Assembly (NCBI GenBank): GCA_036267875.1
Contig: DATAVE010000117.1
Span: forward strand, 25,785 to 89,784
Source of the DNA: Mycobacteriales bacterium
Lineage (GTDB): Bacteria > Actinomycetota > Actinomycetes > JAFAQI01
Reading direction: 5' to 3'
Length of the DNA stretch: 64,000 bases
Shown here: one piece after another, positions 34,561-44,358 of the stretch
Position numbering within the stretch: position 1 is the stretch's first letter
Layout: each line of letters starts with the position of its first letter
Notes under the pieces: model-generated
Databases searched by the model: none
The model's input: only the letters and a program-made list of their open reading frames with translations
What the model was told of the DNA's origin: nothing
Position numbers and translations under genes: made by a program

Positions 34561-35667
34561 TTACAGCGCCAAGCCGACCCAGCCCTCGCCGGCTGAGCTC
34601 CGGCGGGCTGCGTCGACGACGGCTTGGGTGATCCAGCCGTTGCGGAGCGTCGGCACCCGAGGCGTCGGCAACCCATCGAACGCGGGCAACCAGTCCTCGA
34701 GCATCAGGGAGAGCGCAAGGATCGCGGATCCGGCGCGGCGGGATGGGATCGCCACTCCGCTTCGCGGTCGTCGGTCGCTGAGCGCGATGTCGCGAAGGGC
34801 GGACTCGCCGACCTTCGCCGCGTGGATCGCGGAGGCGCTTTCTCCGCCCATCAGCGTGCTCGTGATCTCGATCGTTCCCTCGCTGCCGTAGGCCTCGAGC
34901 ACCCGCCGGTCGACGTGCAGGCCGATCATCGACGATGCAACCGAGACGCTGACGCCGCTCTTCATCCGCATCAGCACGGTCGACGTGTCGTCGGCCGTGA
35001 CCTCGAGGGGGGTGCCGTCCTCGCGTTCGCGGATCGGCGTCGAGGTCCTGACGTCGGCACACACCGCTTCGGGCTCGCCGAAGAGTGCGGTGAGGAAGTC
35101 GATGTCGTGTGAGGACAGCCCCATCAGGTAGCCGCCACCTTCGTCGACCCGGTACATCCATTCCGACTGGAGTCGCCGGCTCGGGTGCCACAGGTCACCG
35201 ACGGTCGTGACGCGCGCCAGGTAGGGCTCGCCGAGGAAGCCTTCATCGACCAGGTCCCAGACCGGCAGTCGATCGACGAGCCACCGACCTTCGAAGTTCA
35301 CGGCATGTGCGACGCCGCTCTGCTCGGCGACATCGAGCATGTTCTTGGCCTGCGCGGAGTCGACTGCGGCGGGCTTCTCGCACAGGACATGCTTGCCGGC
35401 CCGTACGGCGGCGATCGTCTGGTCGTGATGGAGGTCGGTGGGCGTGCACACCGCGATCAGGTCCAGGTCCTCGCGGCGGACGAACGCCTCCCAGTCCGTC
35501 GATGTGTCGTCGATGCCGAGCTTCTGGCCCGCTTCGGCTACGCGGTCGGGCCGCCGCGAACAGATTGCGGCGACCTCGAACTCCGGCACCGCCCGGAAGG
35601 CCGGAGCCAGGACGATGCTGCCCCAGCCGACGCCGATGATGCCGACCCTTATCCGGTCCTTCGACAT
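34561..35667 (-). CDS. Gfo/Idh/MocA-family NAD(P)-dependent oxidoreductase
   Basis: GAAGGGAA SD before ATG 35667; IRVGIIGVGWGS Rossmann start, HVLCEKPAAV (EKP motif). Confidence 0.8.
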   Translation of the reverse strand: MSKDRIRVGIIGVGWGSIVLAPAFRAVPEFEVAAICSRRPDRVAEAGQKLGIDDTSTDWEAFVRREDLDLIAVCTPTDLHHDQTIAAVRAGKHVLCEKPAAVDSAQAKNMLDVAEQSGVAHAVNFEGRWLVDRLPVWDLVDEGFLGEPYLARVTTVGDLWHPSRRLQSEWMYRVDEGGGYLMGLSSHDIDFLTALFGEPEAVCADVRTSTPIREREDGTPLEVTADDTSTVLMRMKSGVSVSVASSMIGLHVDRRVLEAYGSEGTIEITSTLMGGESASAIHAAKVGESALRDIALSDRRPRSGVAIPSRRAGSAILALSLMLEDWLPAFDGLPTPRVPTLRNGWITQAVVDAARRSSAGEGWVGLAL

Positions 35668-35689
35668 GGCCGTTCCCTTCTCGTGCTCG

Positions 35690-36565
35690 TCACGGTTTTC
35701 CGGCGTGCTCTGCCTCGATGCGGGCCGCCGGCATCTCCGATCCGGTGATGGCTGCCGGGTCGAGGTCGTCCGCGAGCGGCGGAAAGGCGGGAGGCCGCTT
35801 CTGGACGAAGCTGTCCACGCCCTCGCGGAAGTCCTCACTTGTCGCGGTGTAGGCCATCGTGCGATATGCCTTGTGCACTGCTTGTTCGAAGTCGCCGTCG
35901 AGATCGGTCAACGTCTGGTGTTTGATCAATGCGAGCGAGGTGGGCGAGCAGTTCGCCGCAATCTCGGCTGCGTACTGCTTGGCTGTCGCGACTAGCTGAT
36001 CCGGCTCGACGACGTAGGCGACCAGACCGATTCGCAGCGCTTCGTCGGCGTCGACGACGCGCGCGGTGAGCAACAGGTCCATGGCGCGCTCGATCCCGAC
36101 GATGCGGGGAAGCAGCCAGCCGGCGCCGTACTCCGCCGGTAGGCCTCGTTTGGCGAATGCCGTCGACAGGCGGGCGCCGCAGGCCATGAACCGCACGTCG
36201 CAGAGCAGGGCGTGGACCAGACCGAGTCCGGCACAAGGTCCGTTGATTGCGGCGATCAGTGGCTTGCGGAACGTCTGTATCCGGCTGGGCGCCGAGCGCC
36301 CGGCCATGTCCATCGTCGCACCCGCGACGGCGTCGAGCCGTTCGACATCAACCCCTGGACAGAATGCCGAGCCGGCCCCGGTGAGGATGGCGACTCGCAC
36401 CCGAGCATCGTGATCGGCTTCGTCTAGCACCTCGTATAACTGGCGCTCCATCACCGGGTTCCACGCGTTCTTCCGCTCCGGCCGGTTCAGTGTGATCACG
36501 GCGACGCCATCTTCGCCGACGTCGTAGAGCACGGCCCGCTCTGCCGGTGCGGTGTCCTCGGTCAT
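35690..36565 (-). CDS. Enoyl-CoA hydratase/isomerase (crotonase) family protein
   Basis: ITLNRPERKNAW, ILTGAGSAFCPGVD, AAINGPCAGLG. Confidence 0.85.
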   Translation of the reverse strand: MTEDTAPAERAVLYDVGEDGVAVITLNRPERKNAWNPVMERQLYEVLDEADHDARVRVAILTGAGSAFCPGVDVERLDAVAGATMDMAGRSAPSRIQTFRKPLIAAINGPCAGLGLVHALLCDVRFMACGARLSTAFAKRGLPAEYGAGWLLPRIVGIERAMDLLLTARVVDADEALRIGLVAYVVEPDQLVATAKQYAAEIAANCSPTSLALIKHQTLTDLDGDFEQAVHKAYRTMAYTATSEDFREGVDSFVQKRPPAFPPLADDLDPAAITGSEMPAARIEAEHAGKP

Positions 36566-38073
36566 GCGATCTGCTCCTGACCCAGTACGTGGCGTCGTAG
36601 CTGGTCCCTGACGACCTTGCCCATCGCGTTGCGCGGCAGCACCGACACGGTCTCGATCCGCTCCGGGATCTTGTACGGAGCCAGGCCCGCGGCGCGGCAG
36701 ATCGCGACAAGATCATCGAGATCGATCTCGATGTCGGCGGAGGGCACCACGCAGGCGCAGCATCGTTCGCCGGTGCGCGGATCCGGTATCCCGATCACGG
36801 CGACGTCGGCGATGCGTGGATCCACCGTGAGGACATCCTCGACCTCGCGTGTCGAGATGTTCTCGCCGCTGCGGATCACTATCTCCTTGATCCGACCGGT
36901 GACGTGCACCCAGCCCTCGGCGTCGACGTACCCGATATCGCCGCTGCGGACGAACCCGTCGGCGTCGAGTGTGTCCGCGTCGAGGCGACTGTCCTGGTAG
37001 CCGAGGAAGCGCTGTGGTCCGCGGACCAGGAGCTCACCGTTGTCCGCCACCCTCACCTCGACCTTGGTTGCCGGCTTGCCGACCGTGGCAGCGATGACCT
37101 CGCCGGTTTCCTTTCGGGGCGCATAGGTCGCCATCGGACACTCGGTCAGGCCCCAGCCGTTGTAGATCCCCACTCCGCCGAGCTCGGTGCGCACCTGCTC
37201 ATTGAGGCCCGCGGGGACCGGGGCGCCTCCGGCGAGGCACATCCGCAGCCGTGGGAACAACGGCTCGGGACCATGCGCGCGCTGCGCGGCGAGGTAGGCA
37301 TGAAAGAACGGCGTCGCGATCCCGAGCGCAGTTGGCTCGAAGCGAGTGAGTGCGAGCGGAGTACTGGCGGGGTCGAAGTGGGAGACCATCGGCAGCTGAA
37401 CGCCGCTCCGCAGCGACGCCGCGAGGATCCCCGGCCCGCCGATGTGGGCGATCGGGAATACGACTGGGAACACCTCGTCGGCGCTGAGCTCGAGCTGATC
37501 GACGAGGATGTCGGACTGACTGACGATCGACGCATCGGAGTGCCGGACGCCCTTGGGCTCACCGGTAGTGCCGGAGGTGTAGAACACCCAGCGGGTGTCG
37601 GTCGGCGCCGGTGGGACGTAAGCCGGCAGGACCTCGGGCTCACCGACCGGCAGCCGCAGCCCGTCTGCGGCCCGCTCGAGATCGACGACGATTGTCGGCA
37701 GTCCGGTCGACTGCGCCATCGACTCGTAGTCGAAGCCGCGCCATCGGCCTGGCGTGATCAGGACGTCGGTGCCCATCTGATCGGTGATGAACGCAATCTC
37801 GCTCGATCGCAGGGTCGTGACGAGCGGGTTCTGTACTGCCCCAAGCCGGCTCAGCGCGCTGATCAGCACGGCGGCTTCGATGGAAGGTGGGAGCTGCCAG
37901 CTCACCACCGACCCTCGGGTGACGCCCATTGCGGCAAGACCCGCTGCGACCTGAAGGGCTGCGTCCCGGTAGCCGGCGTACGTCATAGCCACGTTGTCGT
38001 CGTCATAGAGCATCGGGTGCTCGGCTCGACTGGTCGTCGCCGCCTCGACGAGCGACCACCAAGAGGTAGTCAT
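36562..38073 (-). CDS. AMP-forming acyl-CoA synthetase (FadD-type)
   Basis: VFYTSGTTGEPKGV, GWGLTE, SGDIGYVDAEGWVHVTGRIKE; ATGA overlaps at both ends. Confidence 0.85.
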   Translation of the reverse strand: MTTSWWSLVEAATTSRAEHPMLYDDDNVAMTYAGYRDAALQVAAGLAAMGVTRGSVVSWQLPPSIEAAVLISALSRLGAVQNPLVTTLRSSEIAFITDQMGTDVLITPGRWRGFDYESMAQSTGLPTIVVDLERAADGLRLPVGEPEVLPAYVPPAPTDTRWVFYTSGTTGEPKGVRHSDASIVSQSDILVDQLELSADEVFPVVFPIAHIGGPGILAASLRSGVQLPMVSHFDPASTPLALTRFEPTALGIATPFFHAYLAAQRAHGPEPLFPRLRMCLAGGAPVPAGLNEQVRTELGGVGIYNGWGLTECPMATYAPRKETGEVIAATVGKPATKVEVRVADNGELLVRGPQRFLGYQDSRLDADTLDADGFVRSGDIGYVDAEGWVHVTGRIKEIVIRSGENISTREVEDVLTVDPRIADVAVIGIPDPRTGERCCACVVPSADIEIDLDDLVAICRAAGLAPYKIPERIETVSVLPRNAMGKVVRDQLRRHVLGQEQIA

Positions 38074-38867
38074 CCGAGTCCGTCGGGCAGTGGCGTCGGC
38101 GAGCGTCCGAGCTCGTCGAGAAGCGGTTGGCTCAGCGCGATCCGTCCGGTCAGATCGCCCTCGACCAGAGCGAGCGCGGCCTCCGCCATGAACGTCGGAG
38201 GTTCGAGCTCGAAGTCTGCGACGAGATCATGAGCGCTCGCACCGGGAGTCGCGACGTTGTAAAGCGGCGCGAGCGCGTTGACCCGCAGTCCTCGCTGGTA
38301 GCCCTCGGCGGCGAGCGCCGTCGTCAGTCGCTCGAGCGCAGCCTTGCACGGTCCATAGGCCGTCCAGCCGGAGTCGAACATCGACTCCCAGGGAGGACCG
38401 TCGGGATGCTCGGCGGCGCGCGAGGAGATGTTGAGGATCCAGCCCTCGCCGCGCTCGTACATGGCGGGGACAACAAGCTGGGACAGCTCGAACGGCGCGA
38501 TGAACTGGGTCTCGAGCATGAGGTCGAGCCGCTTACGCGGAAACCCCACGAAGGGCAGGAAGAAGGTCACCGCTGCGTTGTTGACCAGGATGTCTATGCG
38601 CCCGGTTGCTGCGGTGACGTCGGCGATCAGCTGTCGGCGCTCGTCCGACTTCGACAGGTCTGCCCGGAAGGCGCTTGCCGTTCCGCCGCGTGACTCGATG
38701 ACCTTCACCGTGTCGCGCAGCGTGCCGGCGTAGCGGGGATCGGGATCGAGCGTGCGTGCACTGAGCGCGACGTGTGCGCCTGCGTCGGCGAGCTTGACGG
38801 CGATCGCCGCGCCCAACCCGCGACTCGCGCCCGTGACGAGAGCGATCCGGCCGTCGAGGGTTCCCAT
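38070..38867 (-). CDS. SDR-family oxidoreductase
   Basis: IALVTGASRGLGAA, NNAAV, AYGPCKAA. Confidence 0.8.
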   Translation of the reverse strand: MGTLDGRIALVTGASRGLGAAIAVKLADAGAHVALSARTLDPDPRYAGTLRDTVKVIESRGGTASAFRADLSKSDERRQLIADVTAATGRIDILVNNAAVTFFLPFVGFPRKRLDLMLETQFIAPFELSQLVVPAMYERGEGWILNISSRAAEHPDGPPWESMFDSGWTAYGPCKAALERLTTALAAEGYQRGLRVNALAPLYNVATPGASAHDLVADFELEPPTFMAEAALALVEGDLTGRIALSQPLLDELGRSPTPLPDGLG

Positions 38868-39724
38868 CAGGCGCTCTCCTGTTTCGGCTGGATTGCGTGG
38901 CGGAACATCGCCGACTGCGTCACGCTCGCGACGAGCGTTCCGCTCTCGGTGTGCAGCTCGCCCCGGATCAATGCTCGGCCGTCGTTGGCGATCGGGCTGA
39001 CGAGGTCATAGATCAGCCACTCGTCGACCTGCGGACGGTGATGGAACCAGACCGCGTGATCGATGCTTGCCGAGTCCCATCCCTGGTCGAGGCCGTCGAT
39101 CCCGTGGCGGGACAACGGCGTATCGAGGATGTAGAGGTCGGAGGCGTAGGCCAGCACGCAGGCGTGCAACAGCGCGTCGGCCGGCATCGGGCCCGCGGTG
39201 CGCAACGCCATCGTCGAGCGGCCCGTGCCGGGCTCGCCGACCGCCCGCCGAACCTCGAAGGCTCCGAGCACCATGGTCCACACCTGGGGTGCGAAGTCCG
39301 GCAGCGACTCCGGGTCGACCGGAGCGAACGCTGTCGAGTGGCAGGGCGCCTCGTCACCGGTGTGAAAGGTTGCGAGCAGCGAGAAGATCGGCTTGTTCCG
39401 CTGGGTTGCGAGCACGCGCCGGAACGAGAAGCTACGACCGTCGCCCAGGCGGTCGACTGTGAAGCTCAGCGGCTCATCGGGCCGTCCGGCACGCAGAAAC
39501 GTGGATTGGATGGTCGCCGCATCCCGGTCGGCGCCGACGGTCCGCCCCGCGGCCGCGAGGCTCTGTGCGGCGACGTGCCCTCCGAAGAGGCGATACGCAC
39601 CTGCGTTGGAGCTCTGGCCGCGGAACTCGTCGGCGCCGGTCTGTTCCAGGTCGAGCAGCGCCAGAAGATCTGCCAGCACGCCGCGCTGTCCGGTGCTCAA
39701 GTCGGGGGGCAGGATCGGACCCAA
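38867..39724 (-). CDS. Acyl-CoA thioesterase II (TesB-like, double hot-dog)
   Basis: GGAGGA 5 nt upstream of TTG 39724; LLALLDLEQTGADEFRGQS.., 285 aa. Confidence 0.75.
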   Translation of the reverse strand: MGPILPPDLSTGQRGVLADLLALLDLEQTGADEFRGQSSNAGAYRLFGGHVAAQSLAAAGRTVGADRDAATIQSTFLRAGRPDEPLSFTVDRLGDGRSFSFRRVLATQRNKPIFSLLATFHTGDEAPCHSTAFAPVDPESLPDFAPQVWTMVLGAFEVRRAVGEPGTGRSTMALRTAGPMPADALLHACVLAYASDLYILDTPLSRHGIDGLDQGWDSASIDHAVWFHHRPQVDEWLIYDLVSPIANDGRALIRGELHTESGTLVASVTQSAMFRHAIQPKQESA

Positions 39725-39853
39725 CCTTGTCCTCCAGGCACGAACGCCAAGCCGGTCAATAATTGAACTTAGCAGGCGGGACAGTGGTCGTAGCTGCCGG
39801 AGCGGCTATCTTCTGACAGTAGTGTTACCCCTACCGTCGGAGCCCGGAGCGTT

Positions 39854-40993
39854 ATGGATTTGCGCGTCTCGACCGCCGATGAGGAGTTTCGCGACTCCGC
39901 CCGCCAGTGGCTGTCCGAGAACTTCCCAACCGCGCCGCGCCCACGTGACCACAAGGCGATGCGGGAGTTCGACCTCGGCTGGCAGCGGAGGCAGTGGGAC
40001 GGCGGATGGGCCGGCGTCGGCTGGCCGACGGAGTACGAGGGCCTCGGCCTGCCCGTCCTCCGCCAGTTGATCTGGTACGAGGAGTACGCGAAGACAGGGG
40101 CACCCGACATCGACGCCCGGTTCGTCGGGCTCAGTCATGCCGGTCCGACGCTGATCGCGAACGGCACCGAGAGCCAGAAGGCCTTCCATCTGCCGAAGAT
40201 CCTGCGCGGCGACGTCGCCTGGTGCCAGGGCTTCTCCGAGCCGGCAGCCGGCTCCGATCTCGCCTCACTGCGTACCTCCGCGGTGGTCGATGGCGACGAG
40301 TTCGTCGTCAGTGGGCAGAAGGTATGGACCAGCTTCGCCCATATCGCGGACTACCAGGAGCTGTTGATCAGGACCAACCCGACCGAATCCCGCCACCGAG
40401 GTCTGACGTGGGTGATCTGCGACATGACCACGCCCGGAATCACGGTGCGGCCGATCAGGACGATCAACGGCGATGATCATTTCTGCGAGGTCTTCTACGA
40501 CGAGGTGCGGGTCCCGGTCGCCAACGCGGTCGGCGAGATCGACAGCGGCTGGCGAGTGGCGATGTCGACGCTCTCCTTCGAAAGAGGCACGGCGTTCACC
40601 GGGGCTCAGGTGCAGTTGTCGGACATCTGCGATCGCCTCATCGAGCATGCCCGCGAGCACACCGGGCCGGACGGGCGCCGCCCAGCAATCGCAGACGACG
40701 AGATCGCCTCGAGTCTCGCGACGATGCGCGCGGAGATCATCGCGCTGCGATCGCTGACGTACGCCAGCATCGTGCGCAATGCCGATCAGCCGCAACCAGG
40801 TCCGGAAGGGTCGATCATCAAGCTGTTCTACTCGGAGCTGCGCCAACGACTGATGCGGCTTGCGATCGACATCGTCGGGCCGGGAGCGTGGGACGACGAG
40901 TACCTGATGTCCTACTCGCAGACGATCGGCGGCGGAACGTCGGAGATCCAGCGCAACATCGTCGGCGAGCGAGTACTCGGACTGCCGCGATGA
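39854..40993 (+). CDS. Acyl-CoA dehydrogenase, alpha-type
   Basis: FSEPAAGSDLASL, VVSGQKVWTS, TIGGGTSEIQRNIVGERVLGLP. Confidence 0.85.
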   Translation: MDLRVSTADEEFRDSARQWLSENFPTAPRPRDHKAMREFDLGWQRRQWDGGWAGVGWPTEYEGLGLPVLRQLIWYEEYAKTGAPDIDARFVGLSHAGPTLIANGTESQKAFHLPKILRGDVAWCQGFSEPAAGSDLASLRTSAVVDGDEFVVSGQKVWTSFAHIADYQELLIRTNPTESRHRGLTWVICDMTTPGITVRPIRTINGDDHFCEVFYDEVRVPVANAVGEIDSGWRVAMSTLSFERGTAFTGAQVQLSDICDRLIEHAREHTGPDGRRPAIADDEIASSLATMRAEIIALRSLTYASIVRNADQPQPGPEGSIIKLFYSELRQRLMRLAIDIVGPGAWDDEYLMSYSQTIGGGTSEIQRNIVGERVLGLPR

Positions 40994-41934
40994 ACCTCAC
41001 CATCTCGGACGAGCAGCGAGCAATCGTCGCGGCAGTTGCGAAGCTGCTCGCCGACGTCGGGCGCGACGATCCGGCAAAGCTGTGGCAAGGGGCGGTGGAG
41101 CTGGGCTGGTTCGGCCTCGGGCTTCCCGAAGAGCTCGGTGGCGCCGGCTTCGGTGCGGTCGAAGAGGTCCTCGTAGCCAAGGAGATCGGGCGGCAGGCGA
41201 CGCCCGGGCCACTCGTCGCGACGGTTCTCGCGGCGCGGGTCGCGGCGTACTCCGGCGCAGCCGCACTGGCAAAGAGCTTCCTGTCCGGCTCGGCGCAGGC
41301 GGCCCTGGCGATCCCCGCGGCCGGTACGGACGTGACGCTGGTCGATGCGGGCGCCGCCACGCATGTGCTGGTCGCGATGCCGGATCTTGTCTCGCTCTAT
41401 GGCATCGATGAGTGCGTGGGTCGCAGCTCGCTGCCAAGCCTGGACGAGGCCTCCAGTCGTGAGTCCGCGTCGCTCGCGGGCACGCCGCTTTGCTCATTGA
41501 CCGAAGCCGTCGATCCGATCTTTCGCCGTGGTTCGTTGCTCACCTCCGCTGTCCTGGTCGGCGTAGCGGAAGCGTGTCGCAACATGTCGACGGACCACGC
41601 GAGAACCCGAGAGCAGTTCGGCTCGCCGATCGGAGCGTTCCAGTCGATCAAGCATCGCTGCGCCGACATGGCCGTCGGCGCAGCGGTCGCGGACGCCCAG
41701 CTGGTGTTCGCGGCGCTCAGCATCGAGGAAGGCCGATCCGACGCCGCAGAGCAGGTCGCGGCGCTTCGAGTCGTCGCGACCCGAACGGCGACCTGGAACG
41801 CACGAGAGACGATCCAGGTGCATGGCGGGATGGGCTTCACCTGGGAATGCCCGGCGCATCATTTCCTCAAGCGCGTCCACGCCCTTTCCGGCGCGTTCGG
41901 CTCGGTCCGCGACCACCAACGAGCGCTGCTCTAG
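40990..41934 (+). CDS. Acyl-CoA dehydrogenase-fold protein, beta-type
   Basis: ATGA overlap; FGSPIGAFQSIKHRCADM, QVHGGMGFTWECPAHHFLKRV. Confidence 0.8.
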   Translation: MNLTISDEQRAIVAAVAKLLADVGRDDPAKLWQGAVELGWFGLGLPEELGGAGFGAVEEVLVAKEIGRQATPGPLVATVLAARVAAYSGAAALAKSFLSGSAQAALAIPAAGTDVTLVDAGAATHVLVAMPDLVSLYGIDECVGRSSLPSLDEASSRESASLAGTPLCSLTEAVDPIFRRGSLLTSAVLVGVAEACRNMSTDHARTREQFGSPIGAFQSIKHRCADMAVGAAVADAQLVFAALSIEEGRSDAAEQVAALRVVATRTATWNARETIQVHGGMGFTWECPAHHFLKRVHALSGAFGSVRDHQRALL

Positions 41935-41938
41935 CCGC

Positions 41939-42859
41939 CTAGCCCATCCGCAGGCCGGGCGCACGGGTCGCGAACACGTCGGTCGCGAACAGCGCGCCGA
42001 GCTTGGTCGCGTCCCAACGCTTGCCGGCGCTCCTGACGACCCGTTCCTCGGTCCATCCGTTCATCAGGATGATGCGCTCGTCCATCGCACGGATGACCTG
42101 GCCACTGACGTGCCCGGCCTCTGGGCTCGCAAGCCAGGCGACAACCGGCGAGCACAGCGACGGGTCGAGCGGATCGAAGTCGCCGTCGGCGCGCTCGTCA
42201 GGCTCGACCGGGTCCGGCATGCCGGGCATCGTTGCCGAGATCCGAGTCAGCCCACCCGGCCCGATGACGTTGGCGGTCACGCCGATGCCCGCCAGCTCGA
42301 CGTTCAGGGACAGTGTCATGCCGACGATCGCTGCCTTGGCCGTCGCGTAGTTCGTCTGCCCGAAGTTTCCGAGCAGGCCTGCCCCCGAGGTCGTGTTGAT
42401 GATCCTTCCGTAGACGCTGCCGTCGCCTGCCTTCGCCTGCGCCCGCCAGTGCCGTGCCGCGGCCCGAGAGACCAGCCAGGTCCCGCGGACATGCACCTTC
42501 ATGACCACGTCGAAGTCGTCGACGGACATGTTCCAGATCGCCGCATCGCGAACGATGCCTGCGTTGTTGACGACAACGTCCAGTCGACCGAACTCAGCAA
42601 TGGTGTCGTCGACCAGGGCGCTCACCTGAGCCTCGTCGCCGATGTCGGCGAAGTTCGCGACGGCCGCACCGCCGCGAGCCTTGATGATCTCCGCGACAAC
42701 CTCCGCGTCGCGTCCCTCGCCTTCGCCGCGAACCGACGTGCCCAGGTCGTTGACCACGACCGTTGCGCCGTGCTTCGCCAGCTCGAGCGCGTGGCCTCTG
42801 CCGATCCCATGGCCGGCACCGGTCACGATCGCGACCCTGCCCTCCAGCAGGCTGCTCAT
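41939..42859 (-). CDS. SDR-family oxidoreductase (MFE-2/Hsd4A-N-like)
   Basis: VAIVTGAGHGIGRG, NNAGI, NYATAKAA. Confidence 0.85.
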   Translation of the reverse strand: MSSLLEGRVAIVTGAGHGIGRGHALELAKHGATVVVNDLGTSVRGEGEGRDAEVVAEIIKARGGAAVANFADIGDEAQVSALVDDTIAEFGRLDVVVNNAGIVRDAAIWNMSVDDFDVVMKVHVRGTWLVSRAAARHWRAQAKAGDGSVYGRIINTTSGAGLLGNFGQTNYATAKAAIVGMTLSLNVELAGIGVTANVIGPGGLTRISATMPGMPDPVEPDERADGDFDPLDPSLCSPVVAWLASPEAGHVSGQVIRAMDERIILMNGWTEERVVRSAGKRWDATKLGALFATDVFATRAPGLRMG

Positions 42860-44358
42860 CCGCTCTCCTTCGTTGCGCGTCCGCGCAGGTTAGTCGCGTG
42901 CTCGCGCAACGCGGCCTTGTCGATCTTCAACATGGCGGTGAGGGGTAGTGCGTCGATGATCTCGATCTCGTCCGGGCGCTTGTAGTCGGCGAGGTGGGAG
43001 GCGACGAACGCCCGTATCTCTGCGAGCGTCGGCGGATGTTGTGGGTCGGCTGGGACGAGGTAGGCGACGCCGATCTCGCCGATGATGTCGGTGGGCACGC
43101 CGACGACTGCGACGCGGTCAACGGCTGGGTGCTCCGCGAGAAGGTTCTCGACCTCCAGCGGATGCACGTTGTATCCGCCGCGGATGTACATGTCGGACGC
43201 TCGACCGATGAGCACGAGATTGCCCTGCGGAGTCAGCCGACCAAGGTCTCCGGTCCTCAGCCAGCCGTCGGCCTCGAACGCTTCCGCCGTGGCCTCCGGC
43301 GCGTTCCAGTAGCCGCGCATGACGGTCGATCCCCGAACCTGGATGTGTTCCTCGACGATCCGGATCTCCATACCGGCCTGCGGCCGGCCGACAGTTCGAA
43401 ACTGCACCTCGGGAGGATCGTCGGGATCGGTGCCGGTGATGCTCGGGGCCTCGGTCATCGCGTAGCGCACGATGAGCGGACATCCGATCTGATCACGAAC
43501 CCGTTCGATCAGCTCCGGGGGTGCCGGAGCAGTCGCACAGATCCCCACCCGCAGGTGGGGAAGTGACTCGCGGTGCAGCGCTGGGAGCTCGGTCAGCTTT
43601 GCCCACTGGGTCGGCACTGCGCCGAGCACTGTGATCCGCTCCTCGACGACGAGGCGGGCGGTGTCCTCTGCCCGCCAGGGCGTCGGGCCGATCACGATCG
43701 TGGTCGCCGTCTCGAGCTGCTCCCACAGCTTGGCGAGATAACCGGCGTGCGCGAATGGCGTTGCCACCAGCCGGCGGTCGTGGCGGGCCGTCATCGCCCC
43801 TCCGGACGCCACGGCGGCTGCGAGGTTGTCATGGTCGAACCACGCGCCTTTGGGGGTTCCCGTCGTGCCGCTCGTCCAAATGATGACCGCGGGATCGTCA
43901 GCTTTTCGCTGTGGCCGCCGGGAGCCGAGACCGTCGCGCGTGCAGATCGCCTCGAGCTCGGTGCGTTCGATCAGCACGGCGTCGCCGGGGGGAACGACGG
44001 ACTCGGTCTTGTCGTGGATGACGAGCACCGGCTGGCAGATCTTGAAGATAGCTGCGCTTTCGAGCGGCCCTAGCCGCAGGTTGAGCGCGGTCGTGACAGC
44101 GCCGCAGCGCGTGATGGCGGCGTAGCAGACCGCGAAGTCGATCGATGGCGGCAGCATGATCGCCACCACGTCGCCAGGACGCACGCCGCGGTCCACGAGC
44201 TCGGCCGCCAGCGAGTCGGCGAGCGCACCCCACTGGGCAAAGGTGATTCGGTGGTCGCCTTCGACGTATGCCTCGCAGTCGCCGTCCCGGCGTACCGCGT
44301 CGTCGAAGACGTCAGCGACGGTCGGCAAGGTGGTCGAGACCGAGCATCCGAATCGCAT
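42856..44358 (-). CDS. AMP-forming acyl-CoA synthetase (FadD-type)
   Basis: IIWTSGTTGTPKGA, TGDLGRLTPQGNLVLIGRASD; start uncertain (ATG 44358 or TTG 44328), both overlap 3' end of upstream gene; 604-aa ORF extension rejected. Confidence 0.8.
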   Translation of the reverse strand: MRFGCSVSTTLPTVADVFDDAVRRDGDCEAYVEGDHRITFAQWGALADSLAAELVDRGVRPGDVVAIMLPPSIDFAVCYAAITRCGAVTTALNLRLGPLESAAIFKICQPVLVIHDKTESVVPPGDAVLIERTELEAICTRDGLGSRRPQRKADDPAVIIWTSGTTGTPKGAWFDHDNLAAAVASGGAMTARHDRRLVATPFAHAGYLAKLWEQLETATTIVIGPTPWRAEDTARLVVEERITVLGAVPTQWAKLTELPALHRESLPHLRVGICATAPAPPELIERVRDQIGCPLIVRYAMTEAPSITGTDPDDPPEVQFRTVGRPQAGMEIRIVEEHIQVRGSTVMRGYWNAPEATAEAFEADGWLRTGDLGRLTPQGNLVLIGRASDMYIRGGYNVHPLEVENLLAEHPAVDRVAVVGVPTDIIGEIGVAYLVPADPQHPPTLAEIRAFVASHLADYKRPDEIEIIDALPLTAMLKIDKAALREHATNLRGRATKESG

